Source: Callorhinchus milii (lineage: Eukaryota). From it: 64,000 nt of DNA. The stretch covers positions 21,950,001 to 22,014,000 of the forward strand of contig NW_024704742.1 in the NCBI RefSeq assembly GCF_018977255.1, read 5' to 3'. The number at the start of each line of letters is the position of its first letter. Positions within the stretch are counted from its first letter, which is position 1. Both the position numbers and the translations under genes were made by a program. The notes under the pieces were generated by a model. That model saw nothing but the letters and a program-made list of their open reading frames with translations. It was not told the origin of the DNA and did no database searches. Below are positions 13,231 through 27,112 of this stretch, piece by piece.

Positions 13231-14744
13231 TAGCTTTCAGGTCTAAGATTTAAAAAACAATCTCATTTTATTTCTGGGTTAATCAATCGCATCCATCGTG
13301 TTCCAATGTAAGAAAGATTAAGGTTGCTTCAGGTAGGTGGGTAGAGAGACAACTATGGTTTTGAACGGTCAATCTTCAATACATTAAAACCTCCTTTCAA
13401 TCAGGCTCTTTCATCTGTGCATCTAATTTAAACACGATCTGCTTACCCTGGGGGTCAGGAGAAGCACACATGATCAAACTCCAGAGAAATCGAACAAGAG
13501 ATTCTTTTAAAATCTTTGCTTTTTCTTTATTGTTGTCCGAACATTTTCTCCTTCAACTTTCTTCCCTCCTTCACTGAGGCCTAAAATTGCACCTAGTCTT
13601 GGCCATTGCACTACCCCAAATGAAGAGCACTATATAAATGCAAGTAGTTCTTGTTGTCCTGTAAAGTCTTACTGGCTGTCATGTGTATGACATTATCACA
13701 CATAGTGGAACAAGAAATTAAAAATGGAAGCACACACGGAATGAAAATCAAGAAAACATAGGAAAATTTAAATATAAAAACAGGAGCAATGCTCCATCCT
13801 TACAGGTGCAGTTGGAGGCCTGATATAAACGTAGGAATACATCTTGAAAGTTTGTTGCAATTGACACCATCCCAGAACTGCTGACAAACGGCAATACATT
13901 ATAGGAGCCAGAGATCAATATGGTATAATGGTAGAATAGTTCAATGCCACTGTCCTTTTGTAATAACCTCTCATCTTTGTTTAAATTTGATGCTAGGTTC
14001 TGATTGTTAATCAATAAGCAGGAAGGTTTGTAAATACAATATTGTCCTGCAGACCAAAGCAACTTTGCTACAGACAATAGCTTCATAGTCATGCTTTTTT
14101 ATTTTAAAATCTTATCCATTCATGGAAATCAATAGGGAACTGGAAACAACCCGAGCAGTAAAAAGTTTACGGGAGTGTGGGGAAAGAGCTGGAAAGTGGG
14201 ATTAATAACAAAACACAATAGCACAGACATGATAGCCTGAATATCCTTCAATGTGCTGAAAACTTCTATTTTTTGATATTTCAATCCACCTCCCCCATCA
14301 CCTCCCAGTGTCCCACCCCATCCATTTGATGCACTTCGAGATGTTGCCCTACACGTGAAGGACACCGCTGTAAATAAATGCAAGTTGTAATTTTGTTGTT
14401 GTAATAGCTGTTACAAAGCATTCTAGTTTGTATTAAAGTAGCTCACTAGATATTGGTCAGTTTCTTTGATTTGATAATATAAGGTGCTATATCAGATGCA
14501 AGTGTTATTGGAAAGGTCCATCATCAGCCACAAATGTCTCAGCATTGCACCCTGTAATTTTAATATTAAGAAGTAAATAATTAAAATGGAAATAGTATTT
14601 GGATCGGCATTAGCTTTAACAAGTCTTGAATGAAATGTTGCCTGCTATTGCACCAATTATCTCAGGGATTAATGCATTAATCATATGCAAAGGTGTAATT
14701 ATTGTTTGACAGTTACATTTTCAGTGTCACAATTTATTCCTTAC

Positions 14745-15034
14745 TTTGACGGATGAGGTCTGTTCAGTCTGGTTGGGGAGTTCGGTCGGACCCGGTGATG
14801 GGTTGGTTCATCCAGACATTTGCCCCTGTATTCTGCTGAGTAAGTGGTAGCACTTTTTAATCGCCTCCTATGTTCCCCGATCCAGGCAGTTCTCGCTCTG
14901 TGTCTGATTCTGTCAAACTCTTCTGGATCCAGAGGTCTGAACGGCATTTCAAAGCTTTGGTTCACTCCTTTGGTCCCTACCTTGAGTTGGTAGTTTGGAG
15001 TTTGATCAAACACAGAAGGCAGAGAATTGTTCAT
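14745..15034 (-). CDS. C4orf51: C4orf51-like gene, coding exon 1, 290 nt
   Basis: Encodes MNNSLPSV...MPFRPLDPEEFDRIRHRARTAWIGEHRRRLKSATTYSAEYRGKCLD...RPNSPTRLNRPHPS. This resembles the recalled N-terminus of human C4orf51 ([21 protein letters not shown]...TTYTGSYRKKQLD), and the locus is syntenic downstream of MMAA. Donor AA|gtaagg. Confidence 0.85.
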
Positions 15035-15186
15035 GGTTTCCAGCAATCATTGATTTAAAATAAAAATAAATTTTAAAAGTGCAATCTTTTGAAGAGAGAT
15101 TTAGAAGTATTACTGGCTTCACAGTGGGTTGAGCTGAGCTGGTTCTGGTAGTACAGCATTCAGCATCACCAGTTTTGTTGATATGT

Positions 15187-15199
15187 TTTGCTAAGCAAC
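15187..15199. promoter_or_regulatory. RFX X-box-like motif upstream of the C4orf51-like gene
   Basis: TTTGCTAAGCAAC (reverse GTTGCTTAGCAAA) is a near-palindromic X-box about 155 nt upstream of the ATG. Confidence 0.55.
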
Positions 15200-17660
15200 A
15201 GGGTTAATAGATCTGTGTGCACCAGCTGTGGGCTACTCCAAACCTGTATAATTCATGCACTACAGTACTTCTGCTCACCAGGAACATGAACATGACATTA
15301 TAGGAAATGTTAATGTTCAAGATTTAATTTTTAAAATAACTTCATTTCCAGCTTTTAAATGTTTAAGCGCTCTGATGGGTGCTATATAAATGCAGCTTGT
15401 TTCCTTAAAAATGTTCCCTCGGTCTTCTTTATTCTGAAGCGTCCTTTGCTGATTGTTTAATGGACTTTGTTCTTATAATCTCCCTGCAAAGTTTCTCCCC
15501 TCCACCACTGAAATCACTGCCTCATTCTGAGGTTCAGCTCTACAAGTGCTGGTCTCACCTTGATGCCTTGACCAAGTAGTCATTCTTCAAATACGATTTC
15601 AGTGACTGTCAGCTAGATACTTTCGGGTGTAGGGAATATCCCAGCTGAGACTGACCCTGTCCTTTGGGCTTTCTACACATGCAGTTTTGAGATACATTGC
15701 AAGATAAAGACTGAAGGAGGTAAGAGAGTTCCAGTGGTTTAAATGTGTTAAGTGAGTGTGTGATGAATGTTTGGTTGCAATAATTAGGGATGCAGGGAAG
15801 AGGAAAAATGTGTAGATTGGGAGGAAAATATAAAGGAGCAACAGCCATCGTGTAAATAATACATTGCAAGAGTTTGGCAGAGGTATTCGAGTGTGAAAGG
15901 ATAGGAATCTAAGAGGAGTGAAAGTGAGCCATCAGTCAAAGCAGTGATAGTAATGTTTTATTTGGCCTCAGTGCATCAAGCTAAGGGGAGAGGTAACAAG
16001 TCAGTTAGAACTCCTGATCACCATTCAGTAACCCGTGAACCTCACATGAAAATATAATACATACATATAAAACATGGTCCAGCTCACTCTTCTTCTCCTC
16101 CTGCAATCGAATTACCTGCTGAGAGCCTCCAACCTGTGAAGAATGGCCACATGGGTAGATATTGGAGGGGCACCTTGGATCTGTTGAACCTGTTCTCCAG
16201 TCTTCAGCACAGCGAGAACGTTGAAGGATGGTGGGGGAAAGGCATCAAAGAAATTAGTCTTACTGCTGGGATAATAAAACTGAAACCTCTGTTCTATGCA
16301 CAAAGTCATTTATTTTTGAAAAAAAAGTGGCAAATTTTATTTCTCCGTACGTTTTAAATCACAATCTCTATCAGCTTCTTGTTCACAAACAATTTACTTG
16401 CAGAACATTAGCAATAACTTACACAAACATTGTGCTGATGATTTCAAAAAGAACCAGTCAAGCAGCCTGCCCTGTTACACTGTTCTACACTGACTCGGCT
16501 TTCAGATGAATTTACTGACAGTTTAGAAAGACAAAGACAGCAGTAAACAGAGATTGTGCCTACAATTATTCTCCAATAAACAGTCTTTTAGTCAAATTAT
16601 TTAATTCACCACATCTTTAGGGCTAGGAATAGGTGATAAAGTCACTGAGCAGTGTGCAACTGAGCGATGTTGGTCAAGATCCCAAGTTTGATCCTGTCAG
16701 TACCGGAGTTAAATATTGGCCAAGTGCTACAGTTGGCCCAGACTTCCCCCATCCCGGACCAGAAAAGAGTAAAATATTACTAGGGCTCCAAAACCTTATT
16801 ACTTTAATACTTTACTGGAAACTGCATATGTCGGCATAGAACTGGACTTGGCAGTAATATCCTCTACAGTCGAACAACCTATATACATGGTCAAAGGTCA
16901 TGATCAATGGTCATACATGATTAATGGCCACTTCAGTGAGGTAATGACAAGGAGCTCTGAAACTGCACCCAGCATTAAATGTCTTAAAAAACAGCAAAAA
17001 TATATATATTTTGTAATAGTTGACAATTCAACACGTTAGAATTACCTCTGTTGATCAAAGCAAAAGAAACATGAAAGATGTTATAAATGGTGTTGACTGA
17101 TCCTTACAATTTAAGAAATACAAACACATTGGCCAACCCAGCTGCAGCTTTGCAACACTTCATGTTAAAACATTTTAATGCTGGCTCTGGAACTACAAGC
17201 TCTCACCTTTCCATACAGGCCAGTGATGAGTATCTTGTGCTTTTCCCGAAGTTCAGAGAAGGTCCAATGCTCCAAAAACAAAATTCAACACTTTGTAACA
17301 GCTTTTACGTTGGCATTGGTGTTGTGCAGGAGATCTGCAGTGCACATTCTATAGCACCAAGAACCTCAAGTAAAGTGGCTCTTACAGTCAAACACTATAT
17401 ATCTCCTGTAGTGACTTTGAATTGCGAGGTTAAAATTCAGAAGTGCTGTTAACAACAGCAACAAAATTACACTTGTATAGAGCCTTTCACGTCGGGAGAA
17501 CGTCCCAAGGCGCTAACAATAAAGATCACATTATCAAGATACAATAACGTGCAGCAGATCACCACTATACTAATAAATCATTACAGTAGATGATACATCA
17601 ACTAATAAAATAATTTGTCAACAAAACAGTTATAATTCCATACCTAATACAAACATAAGT

Positions 17661-17929
17661 TTTATTAGATCATTTAAATTAATTCATTCCTTCAAAACAT
17701 TGAGGTAAAATTAGATTAGTTTTCACTGTACTTAAATCAACATTATTAAAAACTGAGTCAGCACAAAAGTTAAAATCACTGCAGTTCTTACTATAATGCC
17801 ACTAATGTTTTTATATATGGTCTATAATCATAAATGTGTTTCGAAATCAGCATCTGATTTCGTACAATTCAAAGATTGAGAAACAGTCCACGTTATCTTG
17901 TATTATCTTTTAATATAAATCTATTTATT
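17661..17929 (-). terminator. MMAA: Candidate MMAA poly(A) signals (AATAAA at 17924-17929 and 17661-17666)
   Basis: Two AATAAA hexamers on the minus strand, about 450 and 715 nt after the stop, in AT-rich repeat-free sequence. Confidence 0.5.
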
Positions 17930-18380
17930 ACAAACAGAAGATACTTCAAGGAAATCTTTCCATAAACAATTCATTTCTACAATAATTAAAGTAGCAATAT
18001 ATCTAACTGTTGAGTAGGAAAATGATGAACAAATTATGGCCAGATTATACAGACTTCCAAGAAACAAATCACAAATTAACTTGAATTATTTTTAGCAATG
18101 AACAAACCACCCAACAATCTTCATCAAGTCACAGCTATACAAAGATCCCAGCGACTCAGAAAGGAATGTTCCTTTAAAAGCACTTTGGATAATGAAAATG
18201 TGCAAAATAATTTTAACTTTATAAATACTGGTTATCAAAAAGTCATACCATTACAGTGTCTAATAAATCATAAAGAAAATATGATATTTTTGTTTGATTT
18301 AGATAATATCATGATTTTTTGGTCACCCTGTACATGTTAATTCATAGTTGCTCAATATTACAGTATTGTGTTCCTTATAT

Positions 18381-18668
18381 TCATTCCTTTGTTGAAAATG
18401 CCTTTAGAAGCAAATCTGCAGCCAAAACAGGAGTTATCTCACCATGGACAACTTTAGCTTCTATACTAGGAACTTGATTCCTGACAGCTGGATGGTTATA
18501 GAAGGACTCCAGAATATTTTCTCTGATCAAATTCCACATCCACACCTTTAGCTGGTTTTGTCTTTTTATTTGCAGCTCTTCACTTGCAAACATTGAGGTG
18601 TGAAATTCAGTCATTTTCTCCCAAAGTTCAGGAATCCCTTTCCCACTTTTTGAAGAAATACTCATCAC
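18381..18668 (-). CDS. MMAA: MMAA last coding exon, 288 nt
   Basis: Encodes VMSISSKSGKGIPELWEKM...VLAADLLLKAFSTKE then TGA. Acceptor ctctttcag. Confidence 0.96.
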   Translation of the reverse strand: MMSISSKSGKGIPELWEKMTEFHTSMFASEELQIKRQNQLKVWMWNLIRENILESFYNHPAVRNQVPSIEAKVVHGEITPVLAADLLLKAFSTKE

Positions 18669-20526
18669 CTGAAAGAGAAAGGACATAATTTTTCAAAATC
18701 AATGCAATATATATTGAATGAGCTGCTCTTGCAAACTTCTTAGATGTTAAAATTATCAAAAATAAAAAGGTGATACTTAAAGAGATTTCTGGAAATGAAA
18801 TTATTGGTAATTAGACTTCAATTAAATGTTTGTTTATGCACAAGCCATTTCTGGCACATTTCCTAATGTTGATATTTTAATCATGCAATTAATTTACATT
18901 AACTTCAATGCTGGCTACAATATGTGTATTTTAGTTTTTGTATCTACTGTATCTGAAAGCATGTTATACAAACTCTTAATTTGAAAATTGGAAATTCAGC
19001 TTTCATTTATATGCAAGTATAAAAAAGTGCAATTTTATGTTAGGTAGATTTTCTTTTAGGATTAAAATTGGGATGGCAGAAATTAAGAATAATACACAGC
19101 TAAAGTAAGTGGATAAGTGCCACGATTTGAATAAACCAGTGAAGATCATAATAGTTATTTCTTTAGAGTAGCAAATTAATTATTAATTTGAGTGCTTCCT
19201 TGGATCAATGAAGTGATGAGTAATTGGTTTATCATCAGATTTTAATTTGACTTTACTATACAACCCAGGCTTTTTCAGTCTAAAAAGTATATTTACTTTA
19301 TTTAAGTTAATATTGGTTTAATTAATTTCCTAAAGTTGGGTAAGTTTATGACTTACATTCTACATTATAAGATGACTATGTCATCATTAACATTTGTAAT
19401 AATTATTTACATTAACAACTCATCATATTAGTATAACTTAAGACTTTAGATGTCTTTCATCCACCTCATTTATACTGTTCATCATTTTCAAACTGGATGA
19501 TGTTTCCTCAGAATATTTTGCTTCAAATGAGATCCTGTCCAAGAAACCTCTTCTCATTACTTAATCCTCACCAATCCTCCAAACCAATTCTGTTGCTCTT
19601 TGCAGCCTCTGTAATGACTGAATGTCCTTTTGAAGTAACGTACTCAACACTATTCCAAATATAACCCCATAATTAGTGTCACAACCTTCAAATTTCATAA
19701 AAACAAATCTTGCAGCAAGACTTCATTCAGTTTGTATTAAAGCAAAATTGAATTTTATTTTACGCTCCCTCTGGATTTCCATCCAGAATATGATAATTCT
19801 TCCATCTTTTTCATCCTATCAACCTTTTTCCAGCTCTTGATATCTCTTTTCTACATTCAAGCATTTATGTACATTATTGTCTGTTTCAGGTGTATTCAAA
19901 TATTGTTTTTGGAAAGAAGCTGCAATTAACTACTGATTTTATCAGACTCTAGTCTGTTTTCTCTTTGATGTTTTCATATGTTGTTTTGGAAAATAACTAA
20001 AAAATTGCAACCATGACACTTTAAAAAAAAACTGAAAGAAGCCCTTAATATAAATAGGGAAGTGCAATGTGCATCAAGTTCATATCCTCTAGAAAATTAC
20101 AGGAGGCCACTTCAAGATCCTATTTTACACCCATCAATGCTGGAGCATATTGCTGCCATTGCATATTCTTGACAAGACCTAGAACATAAACCAAAGACCA
20201 TCAGAAATTGACACTCACTGGACTACCTACAATATATACAGTATTGTTACTCTCATGGAAATGCTCACCCTCAGCATAAACCAGCTAATTAATATCCTCT
20301 TCTATACAGTGTGTCAGTGCATCCTTGAACCAACATGAAAGGAGTGAAAAATAAAACCAGAATCAATCGAGGCCACTCTTATTTATCTCCTATTTATTGA
20401 TTACAGAATTTGCAAAGGTAGCTTGCAATTCTGGGGAAAACAGCACATAACACAGTGTGTTTAAAAAAAAAGAAGCAAATCCAACAAATTGGGCATACAT
20501 AATTCATAATCCATAGAACATACTAC

Positions 20527-20676
20527 CTTTGGCTTCCAGATCTTGGAGGATTTATGAAGGAATTTCAAAGCACTGGTATATTCCGTTTGTATTCTTCTTG
20601 CAGGAACAACAAGGTCTCCATCAGCTTTGGTTACAACAATTAAATCTGCCATCTCTATTATACCACGTTTAATTCC
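20527..20676 (-). CDS. MMAA: MMAA coding exon 5, 150 nt
   Basis: Encodes [50 protein letters not shown]. Acceptor tttcttag, donor gtagta. Confidence 0.96.
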
Positions 20677-21978
20677 CTAAGAAACATAAAACAAAATCAG
20701 CATTGTGAACCAGGGCAACTTTGGATGGTCAGGACATCAAATTCCATTGAAGTATTTTACCGAAGTTGCTTTTAACTCCACCTGGGATCACATATTAGAC
20801 AATCTGAACATTTAAAATAAAATATTGGCAGGAAACAAAATGGATTCTCAGAGGTTCTGTTAAAAATACTTCCTTTTCAACTGTTCCTATTGCATTCCAT
20901 TCATATCCTTTTTTGATAACAATGTGCAACCTTCTTGACTGGACCTCTCTACAGCTAATATTTACACTGCTTTGTGACTTGACTGCAGCAGGAACACTTG
21001 TGCTGGGAGGGACAGATTCTGTCACTACCTTTATATTCTATATGCTGTACCTCTCAAGTACTGATCACCTTTTCCAAAGCTGTTTAATTAATTTAAAATT
21101 CAACAGCATCATGATTATAGTCTCAACCCTCAATTATAGGTACAAAAGCAGTCTGGTCCTAAAATAAAGAACTCCTAAATAAAGCTGTATTACGTTGTTG
21201 GACCAAACATTATAATTGCCATGTTTTAAAAAATATATATATTTTGTTTTTGGAAAACAGTGTCCAGCTGCACATGTGAATCTAATAGTCAAATGTGTGC
21301 AGTAATTGCAATAGCTGTAGATAAGTTATGTCCATTACATTACTAATTTCTGAATTTCTACCAGCTGACAAGTTAAAAAATAGAATATATCAATAAAATG
21401 TGTTAATGATACAATCTAGCCAATCTTATCAGACAAATCCGGAAGCATTTGTCATACTGCCAGAAAAACAATTAGGTTTTACATGGTAAGTTGATACTCA
21501 AACCCCAAAAATCTCCCATCATAGAAGAATCCATTTATCAAAGTAATATCTGTAGTAAATCTCTGAAGTACACTACCCTTTTTTTCAGAAACCTTTACAT
21601 GTACCAATGACCTAAGTTGACAATACATCTAACACTGCAAAATTAGAGCTTTTATTGTACATCATTATATCTTAACACAGAAATAATTGAATCATCAAAA
21701 TAAAATGTACAGTGAGCATATCAAAGGCTGCTTAATAAATAGTGTTTACAATCTTAAGGAAATTGGGATGGATTATATTACTGGGTAAGTACTTCAGTAT
21801 GAGATAACCATGCATGAATATGATGCAAGTACAATCTACTGATAGATTTAAAAACATTAACACAATTTCAAACCACTTCATATTAAAATTGCCTGAACCC
21901 CATCTGTCTGAACAGAAATTAATTTGAATTCAACAAAAAGGGAACAGAACATTTTAAATCCCAAAACAAATCAACATA

Positions 21979-22302
21979 AATAATAATAATAATAATCCTC
22001 GCATTTGATATAGCGCTTTTCACGTCGGGAGGACATCCCAAAGCGCTTCACAGAACACACTGTAAAGTGAATTGACTGTATATTTGTGGGCGAACGCGGC
22101 AGCCAATTGCGCACAGCAATGTCCCACAAACAGTCGTAGATTGAAAATGACCAATCTATTATTGTTTCGTTTTGAAGGGATTATTATTAGGCTCTGTGTG
22201 GAGTAAGGAAACTTGCCCAAGGTTTCGCCCTCTGCCTGGAATTGAACTCAGGTCTCTCGCTTGCAAAGCGAGTGCTCTAACCACTGAGCTACAGGACTCC
22301 AC
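21979..22302 (-). mobile_element. Young tRNA-Ala-like SINE (short form, full length)
   Basis: GTGGAGTCCTGTAGCTCAGTGG head, ACCTTGGGCAAGT core, stem-loop and (ATT)n tail. Confidence 0.92.
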
Positions 22303-23008
22303 TGTTGACAAATAAAGGCACTAGCAATAGCATTCACATTACGATTTGTCTTGCACTTGCCATATGGTCAGAATGTTTTAATTATTCATTAAATTCTTGG
22401 GGAAATTGGGAAAAGGGACAGTTAAATTTACAAACTGTTCAGTTGTGTCATGATGAACTATTACTATATCTAGAGTTCACTATCCAATATTCTGCCGGCA
22501 AAATGTTACAGGTCGATTTCTTCAATGCAGCAGATTTTATAATTTTTGAGATCTTCTTTAATGCCAATTTCTGTCACCAATAATTCCATTTATGCATATG
22601 AGATAAAATTGCTGTTATCAATCCGTTACCACTACAATGATATACATATCTGACTGAGAAGAGATTTAGAGGATATATGGATAGGAACTGGCAGGTACTC
22701 AATTACTCCATGGGACAAGATAATTTCTGTGCTGTTGAGAGAATATTTTTTGTGGAGGGAGGAAAGAAAGCATCGGTTGAAAGTGGATATTGGGTGAAAA
22801 GAATATTCTGGATTTTTGTTCAATTGCCTTCAGGGATAGTTGTACAATTAGTATTAGCATCACTGTTTACATACTCAAATGGAAAGCCCCCAGACTACAT
22901 GAAACAATTGCTTTCTTGTGGAATGTAGAATTAAAAGGGATCTCACATATTTAAATATTAAAATTCAACAAGAGATGATAATTTAAAACAAATGATCAGC
23001 GATGTTTA

Positions 23009-23131
<123 letters not shown>

Positions 23132-23947
23132 TTATTGTTATAATAATAATAATGATCCTTGCATCTGATAGAGTGCCGTTCATGTCAGGAGGAGGTCTAA
23201 AAGTGTTTCACGACATGTGCTGTAAAGTGTCAGCACCCAAATTGCACACAGCCACATCTCACAAATAGCCATGGAGTGAATGATCATTTGTATTCAGGTA
23301 ATTGTTGTCCAGGACACTGATAGTAACTCCCTGCAGAAATAATACCACACGAAGAAAATCATACTACCTTAATCTAATAAATTTAACTTGATAAGACCAA
23401 TTTATTATAACTCTTAAATGTTGAATAACTCCAACTAACTTTCCCTACTAGCTGTGTGGGATTTATATGGTTCTAAATGTTTTGTTTTCAACTTTCAAAT
23501 GAACGTGTCGACTGAAGCATAATTCATGCTGCAACAACTCAAAAGCATGAAATATACAGACAGCATTGTACTGGAAAAATATCATCACTCATCGTATTAA
23601 ATCGGCTTATGTCAGAAGAGGGACTAACAAATGACTCGGTGCAAGCTGCTACTTGTCACATTCATCACAGGTAACATGAAAACCAATCTAGCTAAGACAA
23701 AATGCCCATTTCCACCAAAAATACAAAACAGCAGTCAACTTTCTGAAGTCTTGACTTTCTGCCACTGTGTTTGTTTACGAAGCATGCTGATAACATTTAG
23801 TGAAATAAATGTAATCTTGCAAGTAGCTGACTAAATGTCTAAACATGTATCTAGCATATATTTGCATGTATATTTAGTGGAAATTAAGAAAACTGGTACA
23901 GTGTGGTGTAATGGATAGTTACAGACCAGGAGCTGTGGTGAGTTTGG

Positions 23948-24132
23948 AAGTGAGTCAACATTTCGGGTCCACAACCCTTCGTCAAAATGGGTCTGTTCTG
24001 ACGAGGGGTCGTGGACCTGAACCGTTGACTCACTTTCCTTTCTCCATAGATGCTGCCTGACCCGCTGAGTGTTCCCAGCCACTTCTGTTTTTGTTTCAGA
24101 TTTCCAGCATCTGCAGTATTTTGCGTTTTGCT
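23948..24132 (+). mobile_element. Penelope-like terminal fragment with an inverted 5' copy
   Basis: Inverted repeat at 23948-23987 / 23996-24035, followed by gatgctgcctgacccgctgag...gatttccagcatctgcagtatttt, which I recognise as a common chondrichthyan Penelope-type end. Confidence 0.65.
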
Positions 24133-24314
24133 GTGTTGAGTTTGCTGGGCTCAACCAGGGCGGCACGGGGAAAGCTAAGTTACTCCCCAAGGAGAAAAAA
24201 CCGCCAAGACCCCAGCAAGAGGAGTCCAGACCAGGAGACAATGGGGAGAAAGTGAGAAAAAAAGGACACAATCTCTTTTAAAAAATATTTAAGAGATAAT
24301 TTTCCTTTTACCTA

Positions 24315-24524
<210 letters not shown>

Positions 24525-24952
24525 TTAAAATCAATTAATTTCCAGTAAAATGTTGAAAATTTACATCTTATTAAAATGGAAATAATAATAACCCTTACAC
24601 CTGATAGCACCTGTCACAATCGGGAAGATGACTCAAAGCTTTTCACACTGTTTTATATCGGAGTACATACTGTGATATAAAGCAACTTGTATTTTTTAGG
24701 TGAACACCGCAACCAATTTGAGTTCAGCAGTGTCCCACTAACAGCCATAAAGTGAATGATCAATTTTATTTGGGGGATTGTTGGCCAAACACTGGAAGAA
24801 TCTCCTTAGTCTTTTCGAACAGTGCCATGTTATCCTTTAATGTCCACCCAAACAGGGAGGTGGCGGCCCAACGGACGGCACCATCATCCCGTGACAATAT
24901 TTCAAATGTGCTGCCATTTTTAAATATTATAAATCATAATGCATTAATTTAG

Positions 24953-25260
24953 TAATAATAATCTTTGCTTTTGATATAGCGCTTTTCACGTCTTCTCGAC
25001 GTCTCAAAGCGCTTCACAGAATAGACTGTAAAGTGACCATATACTTGTGGGTGAAACGCGGCAGCCAATTGCGCACAGTAGTGTCCCAACAAACAGTCGT
25101 GGATTGAAAATAGCCAATTTATTATTGTTTTGTTTTAGAGGTATTATTATCAGGCGTGTGGAGTAAGGAAACTTGCCCAAGGTTTCGCCCTGCCGGGAAT
25201 TGAACTCAGATCTCTCGCTTGCAAGGCGAGTGCTCTAACCACTGAGCTACAGGACTCCAC
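24953..25260 (-). mobile_element. Young tRNA-Ala-like SINE (short form, full length)
   Basis: Same family as 21979-22302. Confidence 0.92.
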
Positions 25261-26480
25261 AATTTCACCTTAGTAAGTTGAAAGTAGATATGAAACTCAT
25301 TTTGTTGTTCCATATAAAAACTTTCATAATATAATTTCTTACTTATAAAAATCAAAGTCACTACTTGTGAGAGGAATTTCTCACCATAGATGCTACATTT
25401 TAAAAGCAAACTTAATCGTAACATTGATCATATATATAGATACAATATTCAAGTTAAAACAGTCACAGCAAGCATTTACCCCAATGAGATGCTCTAACAC
25501 TGAGGTTTCCCAGTTATGTTCTTCCTCCCCGTGGGAAGGTAAGAGGATCTCCTTTGAGCTGAGTTGGCTCCAAGGTGACTTGTCGGGCAATGGAATATCA
25601 GAATGGAGTCAACCCTCTGTGCCAGTCTTGATAATCTGGTTTCTGAGTCAAGCAGATTTACAGTACTCCAGGAAACTATTACTGAAAAACTAGCCAGCCT
25701 GGCTCATTGGCGGGGGGGGCTGAGAGGCCATGGCAGGGATTCTTCCCACTCAGTTCCTGTTAACCCTGCAAGTCCCAATCCCGAATGGGTAGGTTGGTAA
25801 TAACTGGACAAGAAGCAAGAAACTTACTCTCAATGGAAAGTTGTGTGATTTTAGCTGAACTCCAGCAGTATTTCAAAACATACTCTGGAGTCTCCAAGCC
25901 ATGGCTCTCACCAACCTGCACATAGGATTTCTGGAATTAGTTAAACAGGTTGCATCCCTCCAGGGAGAGAATGCATTCCATTCCAGAAACAGGGACATTT
26001 CCATGTGTATGTGACTATACATATATGGAATTTTCGATCTAGTTTTGATACCCTTAAGCATGGTGATGAGTTTCTGCTAGTGTCAGATACCAGGCTACAC
26101 CAAAATAAATGGTTATTTCACGTAAGCCCACTTTCCTTATTCAATTATCTCATCAATGTTTGAATGGAATTCTATGTTTATAAGATCTTGCTAAACTATG
26201 TTTCCTTCACAGTACAAAGTGTTTTAATAGTTCTGCTATTTAAAATAAAAATAAACTGCTTTTCAAAAGACTGTACATAATCTTGCCTATCATCAACCAC
26301 CCAATGTCTGCCACTCCCTATTCAGCATTATTGAGTCACTGTGCTTAATTTATACAATGGGTGTTGTCTCAGCTCTGTAATATCATGACTATGTTTTTTT
26401 TTCCCCCCTCCCTCAACATATTCTTCCATGATGATGTGCATCAAAAAATACCCAATTGTTTTATAAACACCAATATTACT

Positions 26481-26770
26481 TGGAGTCATGTAGCTCAGCG
26501 GTTAGAGCTCTCGCCTTGTAAGCGAGAGACATGGGTTCAATTCCTGACAGGGCAAAACCTTGGGCAAGTTTCCTTACTCCACACACCTGATAATAATCCC
26601 TCAAGAAAAAAAAACAATAATTTGGTCACTCAATCCATGACTATTTGTGGGACACTGCTGTGCGCAATTGGCTGCCGTGTTTCGCCCACAAATATACAGT
26701 CAATTCACTTTATAGTATATTCTGTGAAGAGCTTTGAGATGTCTGGAAGAGAGGATTATTATTATTATTA
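26481..26770 (+). mobile_element. Young tRNA-derived SINE (short form)
   Basis: Same family, with a small deletion before the ATT tail. Confidence 0.9.
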
Positions 26771-27112
26771 CTTCTCCATTGTATGATTAGACCACATAGG
26801 TGTGTTATGATACAATGGATCCAATTCAACTGAAAATATTTGTATTACATCATGTCTTCAGCCACTACACCTCTGAACTCTAAAACTCCCTACTTCAATC
26901 CCTCTGCCTCACCCCTCTTCATCCATCTTTAAACCCCACCTCAAGATTTACCTTCTCCTTCTCCCTTGCTCAGCATCCAATCCCACTACTATGCAGCTCT
27001 CTAAGATGCTATCCTGAACGAAGGGCGCTATATAAATGCAAGTTATTTTTGTGTTGAGCGTAGGACTTTCTGGCACTGAAACTGTTCTTACACAACCTTG
27101 TGCTAGTATTGT

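Noticed and set aside
15035..15046. ORF-track start at 15046
   Set aside because: It is a TTG codon. The first in-frame ATG is at 15034.
22230..22302. tRNA-Ala(TGC) genes here and at the other SINE heads
   Set aside because: There is no closing acceptor stem or T-run terminator, and each continues into a SINE body and ATT tail.
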